DNA of 64,000 nucleotides from Macrostomum lignano (taxonomy: Eukaryota), in assembly GCA_002269645.1 (NCBI GenBank), contig NIVC01003704.1, positions 17,611 to 81,610 on the forward strand, read 5' to 3'. The notes beneath the pieces are model-generated. The model did no database searches. It saw only the letters and a program-made list of their open reading frames with translations, and was not told the DNA's origin. The position numbers were made by a program, and so were the translations under genes. Shown one piece after another: positions 13,520 through 27,718 of this stretch; the first letter of the stretch is position 1; every line of letters starts with the position of its first letter.

Positions 13520-14636
13520 TTGCCACCCCGAGACTTGCCCCCACCGAGATTAGCCCCCCTCACCGAGACTTGCCCCCCCCACCGAGACTTGCCCCCCTCA
13601 CCGAGACTTGCCCCCACCGAGATTAGCCCCCCTCACCGAGACTTGCCCCCCCCCACCGAGACTTGCCCCCCTCACCGAGACTTGCCCCACCAAGGCTTGC
13701 CCCCCGAGACTAGCCCCCCCCCACCGAGACTTGCCCCCCTCACCGAGACTTGCCCCCACCAAGGCTTGCCCCCGAGACTAGCCCCCCCCACCGAGACTTG
13801 CCCCCCTCACCGAGACTTGCCCCCACCAAGGCTTGCCCCCCGAGACTAGCCCCCCCCACCGAGACTTGCCCCCCTCACCGAGACTTGCCCCCACCAAGGC
13901 TTGCCCCCCCACCGAGACTCCCCCCGAGAATTGCCCCCCCACCGAGAATTGCCCCCCCACCGAGACTCCCCCGAGAATTGCCCCCCACCGAGAATTGCCC
14001 CCCACCGAGACTTGCCCCCTCCCGAGAATTGCCCCCCCACCGAGACTCCCCCCCCCGAGAATTGCCCCCCCCACCGAGACCCCCCGCGAGAATTGCCCCC
14101 CCACCAAGGCTTGCCCCCCCACCGAGACCCCCGCGAGAATTGCCCCCCACCAAGGCTTGCCCCCCGAGACTAGCCCCCCCACCGAGACTTGCCCCCTCCC
14201 CGAGAATTGCCCCCCACCGAGACTCCCCCCCCCGAGAATTGCCCCCCCACCGAGACCCCCACGAGAATTGCCCCCCACCAAGGCTTGCCCCCGAGACTTG
14301 CCCCCCCCCACCGAGACTCCCCCGAGAATTGCCCCCCACCGAGAATTGCCCCCCACCGAGAATTGCCCCCCCCCACCGAGACTTGCCCCCTCCCCGAGAA
14401 TTGCCCCCCCCACCGAGACTTGCCCCCCGAGAATTGCCCCCCCCCACCGAGACTCCCCCCCCGAGAATTGCCCCCCCACCGAGACCCCCCCCGAGAATTG
14501 CCCCCCACCGAGACTTGCCCCCCACCGAGACTTGCCCCCCTCACCGAGACTTGGCCCCCTCACCGAGACTTGCTCCCCCACCGAGACCCCCCCCCGAGAA
14601 TTGCCCCCCAACCGAGACTTGCCCCCCCCCGAGACT
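13520..14636. repeat. C-rich ~19-21-bp minisatellite (cccccaccgagacttg / cccgagaattg)
   Basis: Visible directly; the opposite strand has G-runs compatible with G-quadruplexes. Confidence 0.96.
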
Positions 14637-15354
14637 TTCCGTTGGAGACTGATTCTTCTCATTTTAATTTTAGCACAGAAAATAACTAATGCCTATAAAC
14701 TTACTTCAGAAAATGTCTGAAAATGATGATCTTCGGGGAAGACTTGGCATTCCATATTCTAGTTTAAGTTCTTCTTGAACGCCTAAGGGAGGTAGGAAGG
14801 GGATAACGGACAAAACCTACTGGGAGATTTCATGCACGTTCCACTTCTAACCATGCAGATCTCCGCCCGTCTGTCTATCTGGAAGCTGGTTGGGGCTGCA
14901 TCGCACCTATCCAGCCTCTCTTATCATCCCCATCATAAAGCCCAATAAGGTACAATGTGCTTGGGTTGCGGACAAATTATTTAGAAAGCTACAACGCAAC
15001 GAACGTGAATCCGCGTTCGCGGCAAAGATTGCAAGAAGATTTTGACTTTGAAGGCTACCCGGTCAAAGGATGGGTAGTTCTCAACCTGTGCCTGCCTCTC
15101 AACAGCTCGAGAGATTAACCTCATGAGATTAACTACTCAGCAACAGGTTAAAATAGGGCTGTCATTGGGATTACTGTCCCTTCCCGATAGCCTTTGCTCC
15201 GATAGGGTTGATCGATTGGAATCGCGAGCACCTTTGAAGCTCCTAAAGTTAGTCGAATTTCAAGTATTGAGTACTCGGAATTGGACTTGAAAGTTGAAAG
15301 CTGGGTTGCATCTACCTGTGTACTGAGTTCGGCTGCAATTTGCGGATTGAAAGA

Positions 15355-15418
15355 TAATCAATCAATCAGTCACCAATCAACCAATCAACCAATCAAACAA
15401 ACTATCAATCAATCAGTT

Positions 15419-15488
<70 letters not shown>

Positions 15489-15606
15489 GCAGTCAATTAA
15501 CTAAACAATCAATTAACTAATTAATTAATCAATCAATAAGTAAATAAATAAATCAACCAATCAATCAATCAATCAAGCAGTCAATTAACTAAACAATCAA
15601 TTAACT

Positions 15607-15641
<35 letters not shown>

Positions 15642-15690
15642 CAATCAATAACTAAATAAATAAATAAACTAATCAATCAATCAATCAATT
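15355..15690. repeat. (AATC)n degenerate microsatellite
   Basis: Visible directly. Confidence 0.92.
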
Positions 15691-15768
15691 GATTAACATG
15701 CAAACAGCTAAACAAGCCACTCATTTATCCGTCTATCATCTACCTAACCCACCCACCTGCCAATCAAG

Positions 15769-15875
15769 ATGACGACCAGCTGGACGAGTCGCAGGAGAAA
15801 TTCGTGACGGTGCTGTTGGACAGTGAAGAGTACCACATGACCTTTCTGGACACGGAGCGGGCCGACGATCCCAAG
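15769..15875 (+). CDS. Rgk: RGK-family GTPase, exon 2 (switch I/II region)
   Basis: AAG acceptor at 15768, phase 1 matches exon 1. Translates DDDQLDESQEKFVTVLLDSEEYHMTFLDTERADDPK, resembling the RGK 'EKTVSVLLDGEE.EL.FID' segment. GT donor at 15876, phase 0. Not in the ORF track. Confidence 0.85.
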
Positions 15876-16319
15876 GTTCGCCAATACGATTACATGTAGT
15901 TCGCTTTACTAAACAGATTGCCTGAAAAATGAAGTAGTATCCAAGCCTCATATCGCATACTTTTAACGGTGCTCAATCATTTCAGTTAAACAAGGTTCGA
16001 CAGAGTTGCTCTCTGTACTAAGATGCAGGGGTTTCTAATCTACTAGCTGTTTGCCTCTCGATGTTTCCTTTGTCTTCTTGTCTGTGCAACTCGACTGTCA
16101 CTGAACTCTTTCAGTTTCAGTTGTACAGGCTATGAAAACAATTAATAATTTAAAGTTAAGATTAGTCAGTTGGAGCGAGAAACTTTGAACCAAAATTGAT
16201 CCTCTTTATAAATTCACCGACAAACTCTATCAATTACTTTGCTAACCTTTTCTGGTGCCGTAGGAACATTCTGCACTTTTATTTTCAGCCTTCCCTCTGT
16301 GCAAAGCTTGGGTAGGCAC

Positions 16320-17012
16320 TGAGACAGGCAGACACGGACACTAAAACAGGCAGACATTAAGACACTAAGACAGACAGATAGACTCAAAAGCAGACAGGCA
16401 GACTCAAAGACAGACAGGCAGACTCAAAGACAGACAGGCAGACTCAAAGAGACAGACATGCAGACTCAAGACAGACATGCAGACTCAAAGACAGACAAGC
16501 AGACTCAAAGAGACAGACATGCAGACTCAAGACAGACAGGCAGACTCAAAAGCAGACAGGCAGACTCAAAGACAGACAGGCAGACTCAAAGACAGACAGG
16601 CAGATTTAAAGAGACAGACATGCAGACTCAAGACAGACAGGCAGACTCAAAAGCAGACAGGCAGACTCAAAGACAGAAAGGCAGGACTCAAAGACAGACA
16701 GGCAGACTCAAAGACAGACAGGCAGACTCAAAGCAGACAGGCAGACTCAAAAGCAGACAGGCAGACTCAAAGAGACAGACATGCAGACTCAAGACAGACA
16801 GGCAGACTCAAAAGCAGACAGGCAGACTCAAAGAGACAGACATGCAGACTCAAGACAGACAGGCAGACTCAAAAGCAGACAGGCAGACTCAAAGACAGAA
16901 AGGCAGGACTCAAAGAGACAGACATGCAGACTCAAAGCAGACAGGCAGACTCAAAAGCAGACAGGCAGACTCAAAGACAGAAAAGCAGGACTTAAAGACA
17001 GACAGGCGGACG
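16320..17012. repeat. ~20-bp minisatellite (cagacaggcagactcaaaga)
   Basis: Visible directly. Confidence 0.95.
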
Positions 17013-17609
17013 GACAGCCACAAAAAAGTTATTTAACTGGCCGCAAAGCTTCAATCGCTCGGACAGAACTTCGGCTTGCTCCAGGCTCCCTATTTCCCTG
17101 TTTTGCCTTCGTTACCAATAAAGAAAATTCCTGGCGCAAATTGCATTTCTGAAGAGGCCCCACTCTGATGCAAAAGAATTATAGAGAGACTAAAGTCTCT
17201 TTTAGTCAGAAGAGTCAGAGGAAAGAAAAGAACAGAAGACGGCGCGCACGCAGAGACAAGAAGACAGGATTCTGCAGTCAGAAGATATTTAGATAAGCCT
17301 CTTTTTCTCTCCTCTTGAGTCGAGCGAGCAGATGCGACTCAACGGTAATTAGTTACTGATTTGAGATCCCCCGAACCCCCACCGCCTTTGCGCCACTGCT
17401 CAGCTTTGAGCTTGCCCCCCGAGACTTCAAGCTCGGGCTTCAGTCTGAAGAGTGAGTTGATGAAAAATCTCTTTCAATTCGATGGGGGCAATGGAGCGAA
17501 AGTTTCTCTAAAGAGCTTCGCTAGTTTGGATTTTTTAATAACTGTAATAGCTCGCACCTTGTCTCTTCGGTTCACTTTTATTCTGCTCTGCTAAAAGGTG
17601 CTCTCTAAT

Positions 17610-18200
17610 TGAAACTGAACATTCGCTTCAGGTAAATCTGAAGATTCTCTTCAAGTAAATCTGAAGATTCTCTTCAGGTAAATCTGAACATTCGCTTCAA
17701 GTAAATCTGAAGATTCGCTTCAGGTAAATCTGAAGATTCGCTTCAGGTAAATCTGAAGATTCGCTTCAGGTAAATCTGAAGATTCTCTTCAGGAAATCTG
17801 AACATTCGCTTCAGGTAAATCTGAAGATTCTCTTCAGGAAATCTGAACATTCGCTTCAAGTAAATCTGAAGATTCGATTCAGGTAAATCTGAAGATTCGA
17901 TTCAGGTAAATCTGAAGATTCGATTCAGGTAAATCTGAAGATTCGCTTCAGGTAAATCTGAAGATTCGATTCAGGTAAATCTGAAGATTCGCTTCAGGTA
18001 AATCTGAAGATTCGATTCAGGTAAATCTGAAGATTCGCTTCAAGTAAATCTGAAGATTCGCTTCAAGTAAATCTGAAGATTCGCTTCAAGTAAATCTGAA
18101 CATTCGCTTCAGTTAAATCTGAAGATTCGATTCAGTTAAATCTGAAGATTCGATTCGGGTAAATCTGAAGTTTTCCATCAAGTAAATCTGAAGATTCACT
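17610..18200. repeat. 23-bp minisatellite (caggtaaatctgaagattcgctt)
   Basis: Visible directly. Confidence 0.96.
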
Positions 18201-18310
18201 TCATGCTAGGTCACTCTGGATGTTGTTCAAGGTTAACAAGGTTATTTTCACAAGAAACACTGTACACTCTCCCAGAAGCAGATTGTTGCAATCATCCATC
18301 ACCTCCGCAG

Positions 18311-18491
18311 AGCGTCATAGTGATGGATGTCGACGCCTACATGATTGTCTTCGCTGTAGACAGCCGGCGTTCGTTCAATTTTGCCAAGCAGATCCTCAAC
18401 GAGCTGGTGAGCGAAGCCAGAAAATCGGCCGCACTCATCATTGTGGCCAACAAGTCCGACTTGGTGCGCAGCCGCGAGGTCACCAGAGATG
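18311..18491 (+). CDS. Rgk: RGK-family GTPase, exon 3 (G4 NKSD motif)
   Basis: CAG acceptor at 18310, phase 0. Encodes SVIVMDVDAYMIVFAVDSRRSFNFAKQILNEL...IIVANKSDLVRSREV, with the RGK signature NKSDLVRSREV. Donor G|GTAATT at 18492, phase 1. Confidence 0.92.
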
Positions 18492-18519
18492 GTAATTAAA
18501 TGCGCATTGATATCTGTGC

Positions 18520-19690
18520 TTTCTGGGCAATTCCCCCTGAGTCCACAGTCTATCTGAGCAATCCCCCCTGAGTCCCCCAGTCTATCTGACCAATTCCCCA
18601 TGAGTTCCCCAGTCTATCTGAGCAATCCCCCCTGAGTCCCCCAGTCTATCTGACCAATTCCCCATGAGTGCCACAGTCTATCTGAGCAATCCCCCCTTAG
18701 TCCCCCAGTCTATCTGACCAATTCCCCATGAGTGCCACAGTCTATCTGAGCAATCCCCCCTTAGTCCCCCAGTCTTTCTGAGCAATCCTCCCTTAGTCCC
18801 CCAGTCTATCTGAGCAATCCCCCCTTAGTCCCCCAGTCTATCTGAGCAATCCCCCCTTAGTCCCCCAGTCTATCTGAGCAATCCCCACTTAGTCCCCCAG
18901 TCTATCTGAGCAATCCCCCTTAGTCCCCCAGTCTATCTGAGCAATCCCCCCTTAGTCCCCCAGTCTATCTGAGCAATTCCCCGCGAGTCCCCCAGTCTAT
19001 CTGACCAATTCCCCATGAGTGCCCCAGTCTATCTGAGCAATCCCCCCTGAGTCCCCCAGTCTATCTGACCAATTCCCCATGAGTGCCACAGTCTATCTGA
19101 GCAATCCCCCCTTAGTCCCCCAGTCTATCTGACCAATTCCCCATGAGTGCCACAGTCTATCTGAGCAATCCCCCCTTAGTCCCCCAGTCTTTCTGAGCAA
19201 TCCTCCCTTAGTCCCCCAGTCTATCTGAGCAATCCCCCCTTAGTCCCCCAGTCTATCTGAGCAATCCCCCCTTAGTCCCCCAGTCTATCTGAGCAATCCC
19301 CACTTAGTCCCCCAGTCTATCTGAGCAATCCCCACTTAGTCCCCCAGTCTATCTGAGCAATTCCCCGCGAGTCCCCCAGTCTATCTGAGCAATCCCCCCG
19401 AGTCTCCCAGTCTATCTGAGCAATTCCCCCTGAGTCCCCCAGTCTATCTGACCAATTCCCCCTGAGTCCCCCAGTCTATCTGACCAATTCCCCATGAGTC
19501 CCGAGTCTATCTGACCAATTCCCCATGAGTCCCGAGTCTATCTGACCAATTCCCCTGAGTCCCGAGTCTATCTGACCAATTCCCCCTGAGTCCCGAGTCT
19601 ATCTGACCAATTCCCCCTGAGTCCCGAGTCTATCTAGGCAATTCCCGCTGAGTCCCCCAGTCTATCTGAGCAATTCCCACTGAGTCTTTC
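18520..19690. repeat. 32-bp minisatellite (gtcccccagtctatctgagcaatcccccctta)
   Basis: Visible directly; starts about 28 nt after the exon 3 donor. Confidence 0.96.
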
Positions 19691-20366
19691 GCAATCTTGA
19701 GCAATTCTGATGAACTTTTCTCCCAATTTGATCAATAACTTTTTGAGAATTTATCAGGGATCCGAATTAATTGTCGTAAGATGAAGCTACCCAAAAATTA
19801 ACTTCGACAGCTGCTTTTCTAACAGAATAATTTATTCTATAAAAAACCGCCAACCCCTCGGAAATCTAACCCGCGAACCGACCTTCCTCACCCATCAATT
19901 TAATTTTTTCTGCTTCCGCTTCCACAGCCGATGCAAACGGACAGGCTGTGGGAAACCCAGCAGCCGTGTTTGCCCCAAGCCGCTTGGCCCAACGCTTCCT
20001 GCTCCGCGAGCTCATCTGATTTTTCCCGGGGAACAGACGCTGAGCTGACACCATCGGGGGGGGGGGGTCGCAATCAAGTTTGTCAGTCAGTCAGAGGGGC
20101 TTCATCTGGGTTTAGTTAGCGATTCCGAGCGCGGGGCAGACAGTCAAAAACTCGACTCTGTTGGAAACCCAATCACAGCTCTGACTGGGCGTCCTTTCCG
20201 ACTGCTGCTGTTGCTCGCGCTGGAGTAACACTGGCAATCCAAGAAGTGCAAGGGAGATGAAAAACAGCGATTGCAGTCTGGCTATTGGGTTTCAATGGGG
20301 TACTTGCTCTGAGTGCAGGCGTTCTGAGTGCTGACTGCCATCTGCTGGCTTTATTGTGTGCCTGCT

Positions 20367-21319
<953 letters not shown>

Positions 21320-22034
21320 CGCCGGGCAGACAGACAGGCATAGGCGGGAGCTGCTGCGGTGAAAAGTTCACAGCCTCTCCAGCTCGCTCCCGTTCCTCTC
21401 CATTCCCAGCTGACCTTGAATTGGCATTTTCCGTGCGGCCAAACTCCGCAGCCCCGTCCCCCCTCTTTGATGAGGCTGGGGCGGCCGCATATTTCGCCGG
21501 GTTAAACCGGACTAAATAGATAGATGGAGAAGAGCGGAGGCTGGGAGGGAAACAAGTTTAAGGGTCGGGAGGGGGGGACGAGGAGCGCCAGAGCGAAGCC
21601 GAGTGAAAACACGTGGCGCCTGAAGTGCTCGCGCTCTTTACCTGGCTGGCTGTCTGGCTCTCCAATTCCGCCACTTCCCTTTTCCCTATCTCTCTGAATT
21701 CTCCCGCTCGTAATCGCTCTCTCGCGGCCATACAGGGGCCGCTGGTTCGCCCCTCCTATTAACCTGCGTGTACTAATGTGCTCTCCAAGCTTCCCATATG
21801 TATCTGTTTACTTCGTAGCTATAAGACAGAGTGAAGGACATGCAACTGACCAGATTTCATTACCGCGTGCCTCTGTGTCAGTCCATTTCGTCCGGAACGA
21901 GTGACTTAATGAGCCATGAGTTCTTAACGAACTTTTCACGGACACGCAGCTAACTGACAATTTGTCATTCTTGTCGAGTCTGGAGTATCGGCATGATAGT
22001 GAATTAAGCAAGCTTTTTCCACGGTTCTTAATCT

Positions 22035-23800
22035 CATCATCACCCGAGTCCCCAATCTCATCATCACCCGGGTCCTCATTCCCATCATCACCCGAGTCCC
22101 CAATCTCATCATCACCCGAATCCCCAATCTCATCATCACCCGAGTCCCCAATCTCATCATCACCCGGATCCTCAATCTCATCATCAGCCTGGTCCTCAAT
22201 CTCATCATCACCCGAGTCCCCAATCTCATCATCACCCGAATCCCCAATCTCATCATCACCCGGGTCCCCAATCTCATCATCACCCGAGTCCCCAATCTCA
22301 TCATCACCCGAGTCCCCAATCTCATCATCACCCGAGTCCCCAATCTCATCATCACCCGGATCCTCAATCTCATCATCAGCCTGGTCCTCAATCCCATCAT
22401 CACCCGGGTCCTCAATCCCATCATCACCCGAGTCCCCAATCTCATCATCACCCGAGTCCCCAATCTCATCATCACCCGAGTCCCCAATCTCATCATCACC
22501 CGAGTCCCCAATCTCATCATCACCCGAGTCCCCAATCTCATCATCACCCGAGTCCCCAATCTCATCATCACCCGAGTCCCCAATCTCATCATCACCCGGA
22601 TCCTCAATCTCATCATCAGCCTGGTCCTCAATCCCATCATCACCCGGGTCCTCAATCCCATCATCACCCGGGTCCTCATTCCCATCATCACCCGAGTCCC
22701 CAATCTCATCATCACCCGAGTCCACAATCCCATCATCATCCGGGTCCCCAATCTCATCATCACCCGGGTCCTCATTCCCATCATCACCCGAGTCCCCAAT
22801 CTCATCATCACCCGAGTCCCCAATCTCATCATCACCCGAGTCCCCAATCTCATCATCACCCGAGTCCCCAATCTCATCATCACCCGGATCCTCATTCCCA
22901 TCATCACCCGGGTCCTCAATCCCATCATCACTCCGGTCCTCATTCCCATCATCACCCGGGTCCTCATTCCCATCAACCTGGGTCCTCATTCCCATCATCA
23001 CTTGGGTCCTCAATCCCATCATCACTCCGGTCCTCATTCCTATCATCACCCGGTTCCTCAATCTCATCGTCAGTCTTGTCCTCAATCCCATCATCACTCC
23101 GGTCCTCAATCTCATCATTACCCGGGTCCTCATTCCCATCATCACCCGGGTCCTCATTCCCATCATCACCCGGTTCCTCAATCTCATCGTCAGTCTTGTC
23201 CTCAATCCCATCATCACTCCGGTCCTCAATCTCATCATCACCCGGGTCCTCATTCCCATCATCACCCGGGTCCTCATTCCCATCAACCTGGTCCTCATTC
23301 CCATCATCACCCGGGTCCTCATTCCCATCAACCTGGGTCCTCATTCCCATCATCACTTGGGTCCTCATTCCCATCATCACCCGGGTCCTCATTCCCATCA
23401 TCACCCGGGTCCTCATTCCCATCAACCTGGGTCCTCATTCCCATCATCACTTGGGTCCTCATTCCCATCATCACCCGGGTCCTCATTCCCATCATCACCC
23501 GGGTCCTCATTCCCATCAACCTGGTCCTCATTCCCATCATCACCCGGGTCCTCATTCCCATCAACCTGGGTCCTCATTCCCATCATCACTTGGGTCCTCG
23601 TTCCCATCATCACCCGGGTCCTCAATCTCATCATCACCCGAGTCCTCGTTCCCATCATCACCCGTGTCCTCAATCTCATCATCACCCGTGTCCTCAATCT
23701 CATCATCACCCGGGTCCTCATTCCCATCATCACCCGGGTCCTCATTCCCATCATCACCCGGGTCCTCGTTCCCATCATCACCCGGATCCTCATTCCCATT
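22035..23800. repeat. 24-bp minisatellite (cccaatctcatcatcacccgagtc and variants)
   Basis: Visible directly; ends about 28 nt before the exon 4 acceptor. Confidence 0.97.
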
Positions 23801-23828
23801 ATCAGTCCCGCCTTTGGCTCACCCGCAG

Positions 23829-24102
23829 ATGCCAAGAACCTGGCCGGGGTGTACAATGCCAAGTTTATCGAGATTTCCACCGCGTTAAATCACAACGTCG
23901 ACGAACTGCTGGTAAGCATTCTCGGCCAGATCAAGACCAGCAGCGCAAGATGGAGAAGGAACGGAGCAAGCTCATCAGCAAGGAGAAAGACGGTCGCGGT
24001 CTGCGAGCGTCGATGCGGCTCCGGTCGCCGAGAACAATGATTGGCAACTTTATTAAAAAGCACTTTACATCCAAGTCCTGCGAGGAGGGCGACCACAGCT
24101 AG
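23829..24102 (+). CDS. Rgk: RGK-family GTPase, last exon (G5 motif and C-terminal tail), with a 1-nt frame break near 23933
   Basis: CAG acceptor at 23828, phase 1. First frame gives DAKNLAGVYNAKFIEISTALNHNVDELLVSILGQIK. The -1 frame gives ...RTMIGNFIKKHFTSKSCEEGDHS*, with SKSC and Cys seventh from the end as in RGK proteins. Confidence 0.82.
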
Positions 24103-24109
24103 GCTGGTG

Positions 24110-24338
24110 GTGTCTGTCCTGTCTGATCTGTGTTGTCTGTCCTGTCTGATCTGTGTTGTCTGTCCTGTCTGATCTGTGTTGTCTGTCCTGTCTGATCTGT
24201 GTTGTCTGTCCTGTCTGATCTGTGTTGTCTGTCCTGTCTGATCTGTGTTGTCTGTCCTGTCTGATCTGTGTTGTCTGTCCTGTCTGATCTGTGTTGTCTG
24301 TCCTGTCTGATCTGCGTTGTCTGTCCTGTCTGGTCTGT
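24110..24338. repeat. 23-bp minisatellite (gtctgtcctgtctgatctgtgtt) just after the RGK stop codon
   Basis: Visible directly. Confidence 0.96.
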
Positions 24339-24937
24339 CATGTATTGGCTTCTTTGTCTGACCTATCTTTTCCGAAATCTACGTCTGTTCTTGTCCACTC
24401 GCTATTCACACATTGTCCTCTCTTTTCGTTTCTATTTCTGCTGCTTCTGGAGATATTTTAATTTCCGAATGACTAGTTACTAGCGACTCTAGAAAAAGCT
24501 AGCAGTCAGTTAATCATGCAGTCGATCATTAATCTTCTATCCATCATTTCGTGTTGGGGTTGGCCATGCCATTATATTTGCGCAGAGCAGCGCCTGAACC
24601 TCCAATCCATGCACATCCGCTTGCACCTGTCTTAATCCGCAGCAATTACTCTATGCTATGGGCACTCTAATAAAGCGTGTGTAACCATGCAAATTGCCAG
24701 GTTGCCCAGCCCAGGTTTTTCTTTTTTGAATAATATTCCTTGATAATGATGATTTTTCCTCAAGCCCAGGTCTTGCGTCAGTCCGCCATAAGATTTGAGT
24801 TTCCTGCTGATAATGTACGCGCCTTCGAGGTCTAAATAGTGTACTCATAATATTGTCCAATGCTGCTTAGCGACTGAGAATGGCAAGCTTTTAAATCAAT
24901 TTTGCTTTGTTTCATTGTGTCACTTTCTGCTATTCTC

Positions 24938-25375
24938 ACTTGTCCACTCTCCAATCAGTCTTTTCCACTCTCCATTCAGTCTTGTCCGCTCTCCATTCAG
25001 TCTTGTCTGCTCTCCATTCAGTCTTGTCCGCTCTCCATTCAGTCTTGTCCACTCTCCATTCAGTCTTGTCCGCTCTCCAATCAGTCTTGTCCACTCTCCA
25101 ATCAGTCTTGTCCACTCTCCAATCAGTCTTGTCCACTCTCCATTCAGTCTTGTCCGCTCTCCATTCAGTCTTGTCCGCTCTCCAATCAGTCTTGTCCACT
25201 CTCCAATCAGTCTTGTCCACTCTCCAATCAGTCTTGTCCACTCTCCAATCAGTCTTCTCCACTCTCCAATCAGTCTTGCCCACTCTCCAATCAGTCTTGT
25301 CCACTCTCCAATCAGTCTTGTCCACTCTCCATTCAGTCTTGTCCACTCTCCAATCAGTCTTGTCCACTCTCTCCA
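24938..25375. repeat. 21-bp minisatellite (cagtcttgtccactctccaat)
   Basis: Visible directly. Confidence 0.96.
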
Positions 25376-25929
25376 GTTCAATTCTTGTCCTCGCCTGACA
25401 TTACAAATTATACGCGAAATCAAAATTTTACCGAGAAAATATTACTTTGTTTAAATTTGACTGTGAAAGTTTTCGACTCTTGGCGCCCAGCTTTGCGTGG
25501 CAGCCTCCACGCCGACCCGAGGACACCTTTGCTGCTGACTCAAACTGAACTTAATAGAAGTTGAACGTGTCCAGTTCAAAACTTCCCAACACGCTGCTTG
25601 CCCCTGTGCGCTTTGGTTCCGCTGTCAAAATCTTTTTTTCAAAACTCCGCTACTTTTTAGACATTAATTCTGTTTGCAATTCAATAAGCTTCTTGCGAAC
25701 CTGTTCTATTAAGCAGCACTGTTATCCCTATTACTTTTTGTTAAAGTCTGTCTGCATTCTTGCACGCCTCCTATGCGCCGTGAGTACTGTTACTCGTAAT
25801 TACTGAAAGTGAGTGCACACTCTTAATCGTATATATACGCGCTTAAGCTAAATCTTTCTGAGATTTAAAATTGTCTTGTGAAAACTTAACTGTTCTACTG
25901 CATAAATAGATTATAACAGACCCTTAACT

Positions 25930-26345
25930 CTCCACCACCCCACTCCCCACCACCCAATCCCCACCACCCCACTCTCCACCACCTCACTCCCCACCACCGG
26001 CCATTCCCCACTACCCCACTCCCCACCACCCCACTCCAAACCACCCCACTCCCCACCACCCTAGCCCCCACCAACCCACTCCAAACCACCCCACTCCAAA
26101 CCACCCCACTCCACACCACCCCACTCCAAACCACCCCACTCCACACCACCCCACTCCAAACCACCCCACTCCCCACCACCCTAGCTCCCACCACCCCACT
26201 CCCCACCACCCTAGCCCCCACCACCCTAGCCCCACCACCCTAGCCCCCACCACCCTAGCCCCCACCACCCTAGCCCCACCACCCTAGCCCCACCACCCCA
26301 CTCCCCACCACCGCACTCTCCACCACCTCACTCCCCACCACCTCA
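25930..26345. repeat. C-rich ~15-bp minisatellite (ccaccccactccaaa / ccaccctagcccca)
   Basis: Visible directly. Confidence 0.92.
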
Positions 26346-26979
26346 CCCCACAGAAATCGATCCACACTTGTCACACCAACGGATGCCTGGCCCTGAACAG
26401 CAGATATCGTAATTAGTTTAGTCTTTAATTAGTCTAATCGTATCTTCTTTTTATAAATTTAGAGTCTGAATTAAAAAAAGAATTTCAATAAAAAGAACTG
26501 TATCAACTGGCTGCATTTGGCGGCATTACTAATAAATTATTCGTTAATCAAATAAAAACGAGTATATGAAAGTTAGAGTCACAGTGGGATTTCGGCGCAA
26601 ATAATAACAAAGGCTTGCCTTGAAGCAGCAGGAAAGTTTGCAATGGACCTTGAAAGCAAAGAGAAGCGGGGTTATTTTATTTTTACGTGAAAATAATCTA
26701 TCATCGCGACTTTCTTTTGTTAATCTTTCAAAGAATAATTTCAATAGTCGCATGACGGATTTAAATGAAAAGTAAGTCGCAGTCCGCTTTTCAATACAGA
26801 TTTTGCTTCAATATTTTCAGATCGTAAATGTCTTCATTTTAAAACTTTTTTCCCATTTACTGGCAGGGCATTGAACTTTTGATCTTTTACCGTATATCTT
26901 CTGAATACTTCAAAAGAAGTGAAATCCTGAACCAGTCAACGATTCCACCCTCACCGCCACAATGCCGCCATTCCTACAC

Positions 26980-27630
26980 GTATCACCCACCTCACTCCAT
27001 CACCTACCTCACTCATCACCCGCCTCACTCCATCGCCCACCTCACTCATCACCCGCCTCACTCATCACCCGCCTCACTCCATCGCCCACCTCATTCCATC
27101 ACCCACCTCACTCATCACCCGCCTCACTCCATCGCCCACCTCATTCCATCACCCACCTCACTCATCACCCGCCTCACTCCATCACCCACCTCACTCCATC
27201 ACCCACCTCACTCATCACCCGCCTCACTCCATCGCCCACCTCATTCCATCACCCACCTCACTCATCACCCGCCTCACTCCATCGCCCACCTCATTCCATC
27301 ACCCACCTCACTCATCACCCGCCTCACTCCATCACCCACCTCACTCCATCACCCACCTCACTCCATCACCCACCTCACTCATCACCCGCCTCACTCCATC
27401 ACCCACCTCATTCCATCACCCGCCTCACTTCATCACCCACCTCACTCATCACCCGCCTCACTCCATCACCCGCCTCACTCCATCACCCGCCTCACTTCAT
27501 CACCCACCTCACTCATCACCCGCCTCACTCCATCACCCACCTCATTCCATCACCCGCCTCACTTCATCACCCACCTCACTCATCACCCGCCTCACTCCAT
27601 CACCCGCCTCACTCCATCAACCGCCTCACT
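26980..27630. repeat. C-rich minisatellite (catcacccacctcactc variants)
   Basis: Visible directly. Confidence 0.94.
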
Positions 27631-27718
27631 CCTGCAACCACGCCTTTCCAGGTGAAATCCCAAACTTTGAAGCAGAAATATCTACAGGCAAAACAGATTG
27701 TCTGTGTCAGTAACGCAG

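Noticed and set aside
17610-18200. CRISPR-like palindromic repeats
   Set aside because: No unique spacers, no cas genes, eukaryotic intron.
23912-23943. 29-32-nt micro-intron as the fix for the RGK frame break
   Set aside because: Would remove VSILGQIK, which matches the conserved RGK helix 5. A 1-nt indel is simpler.
24500-24860. Possible decayed non-LTR retrotransposon fragment on the minus strand
   Set aside because: Only vague resemblance across several broken frames, with no RT motif.
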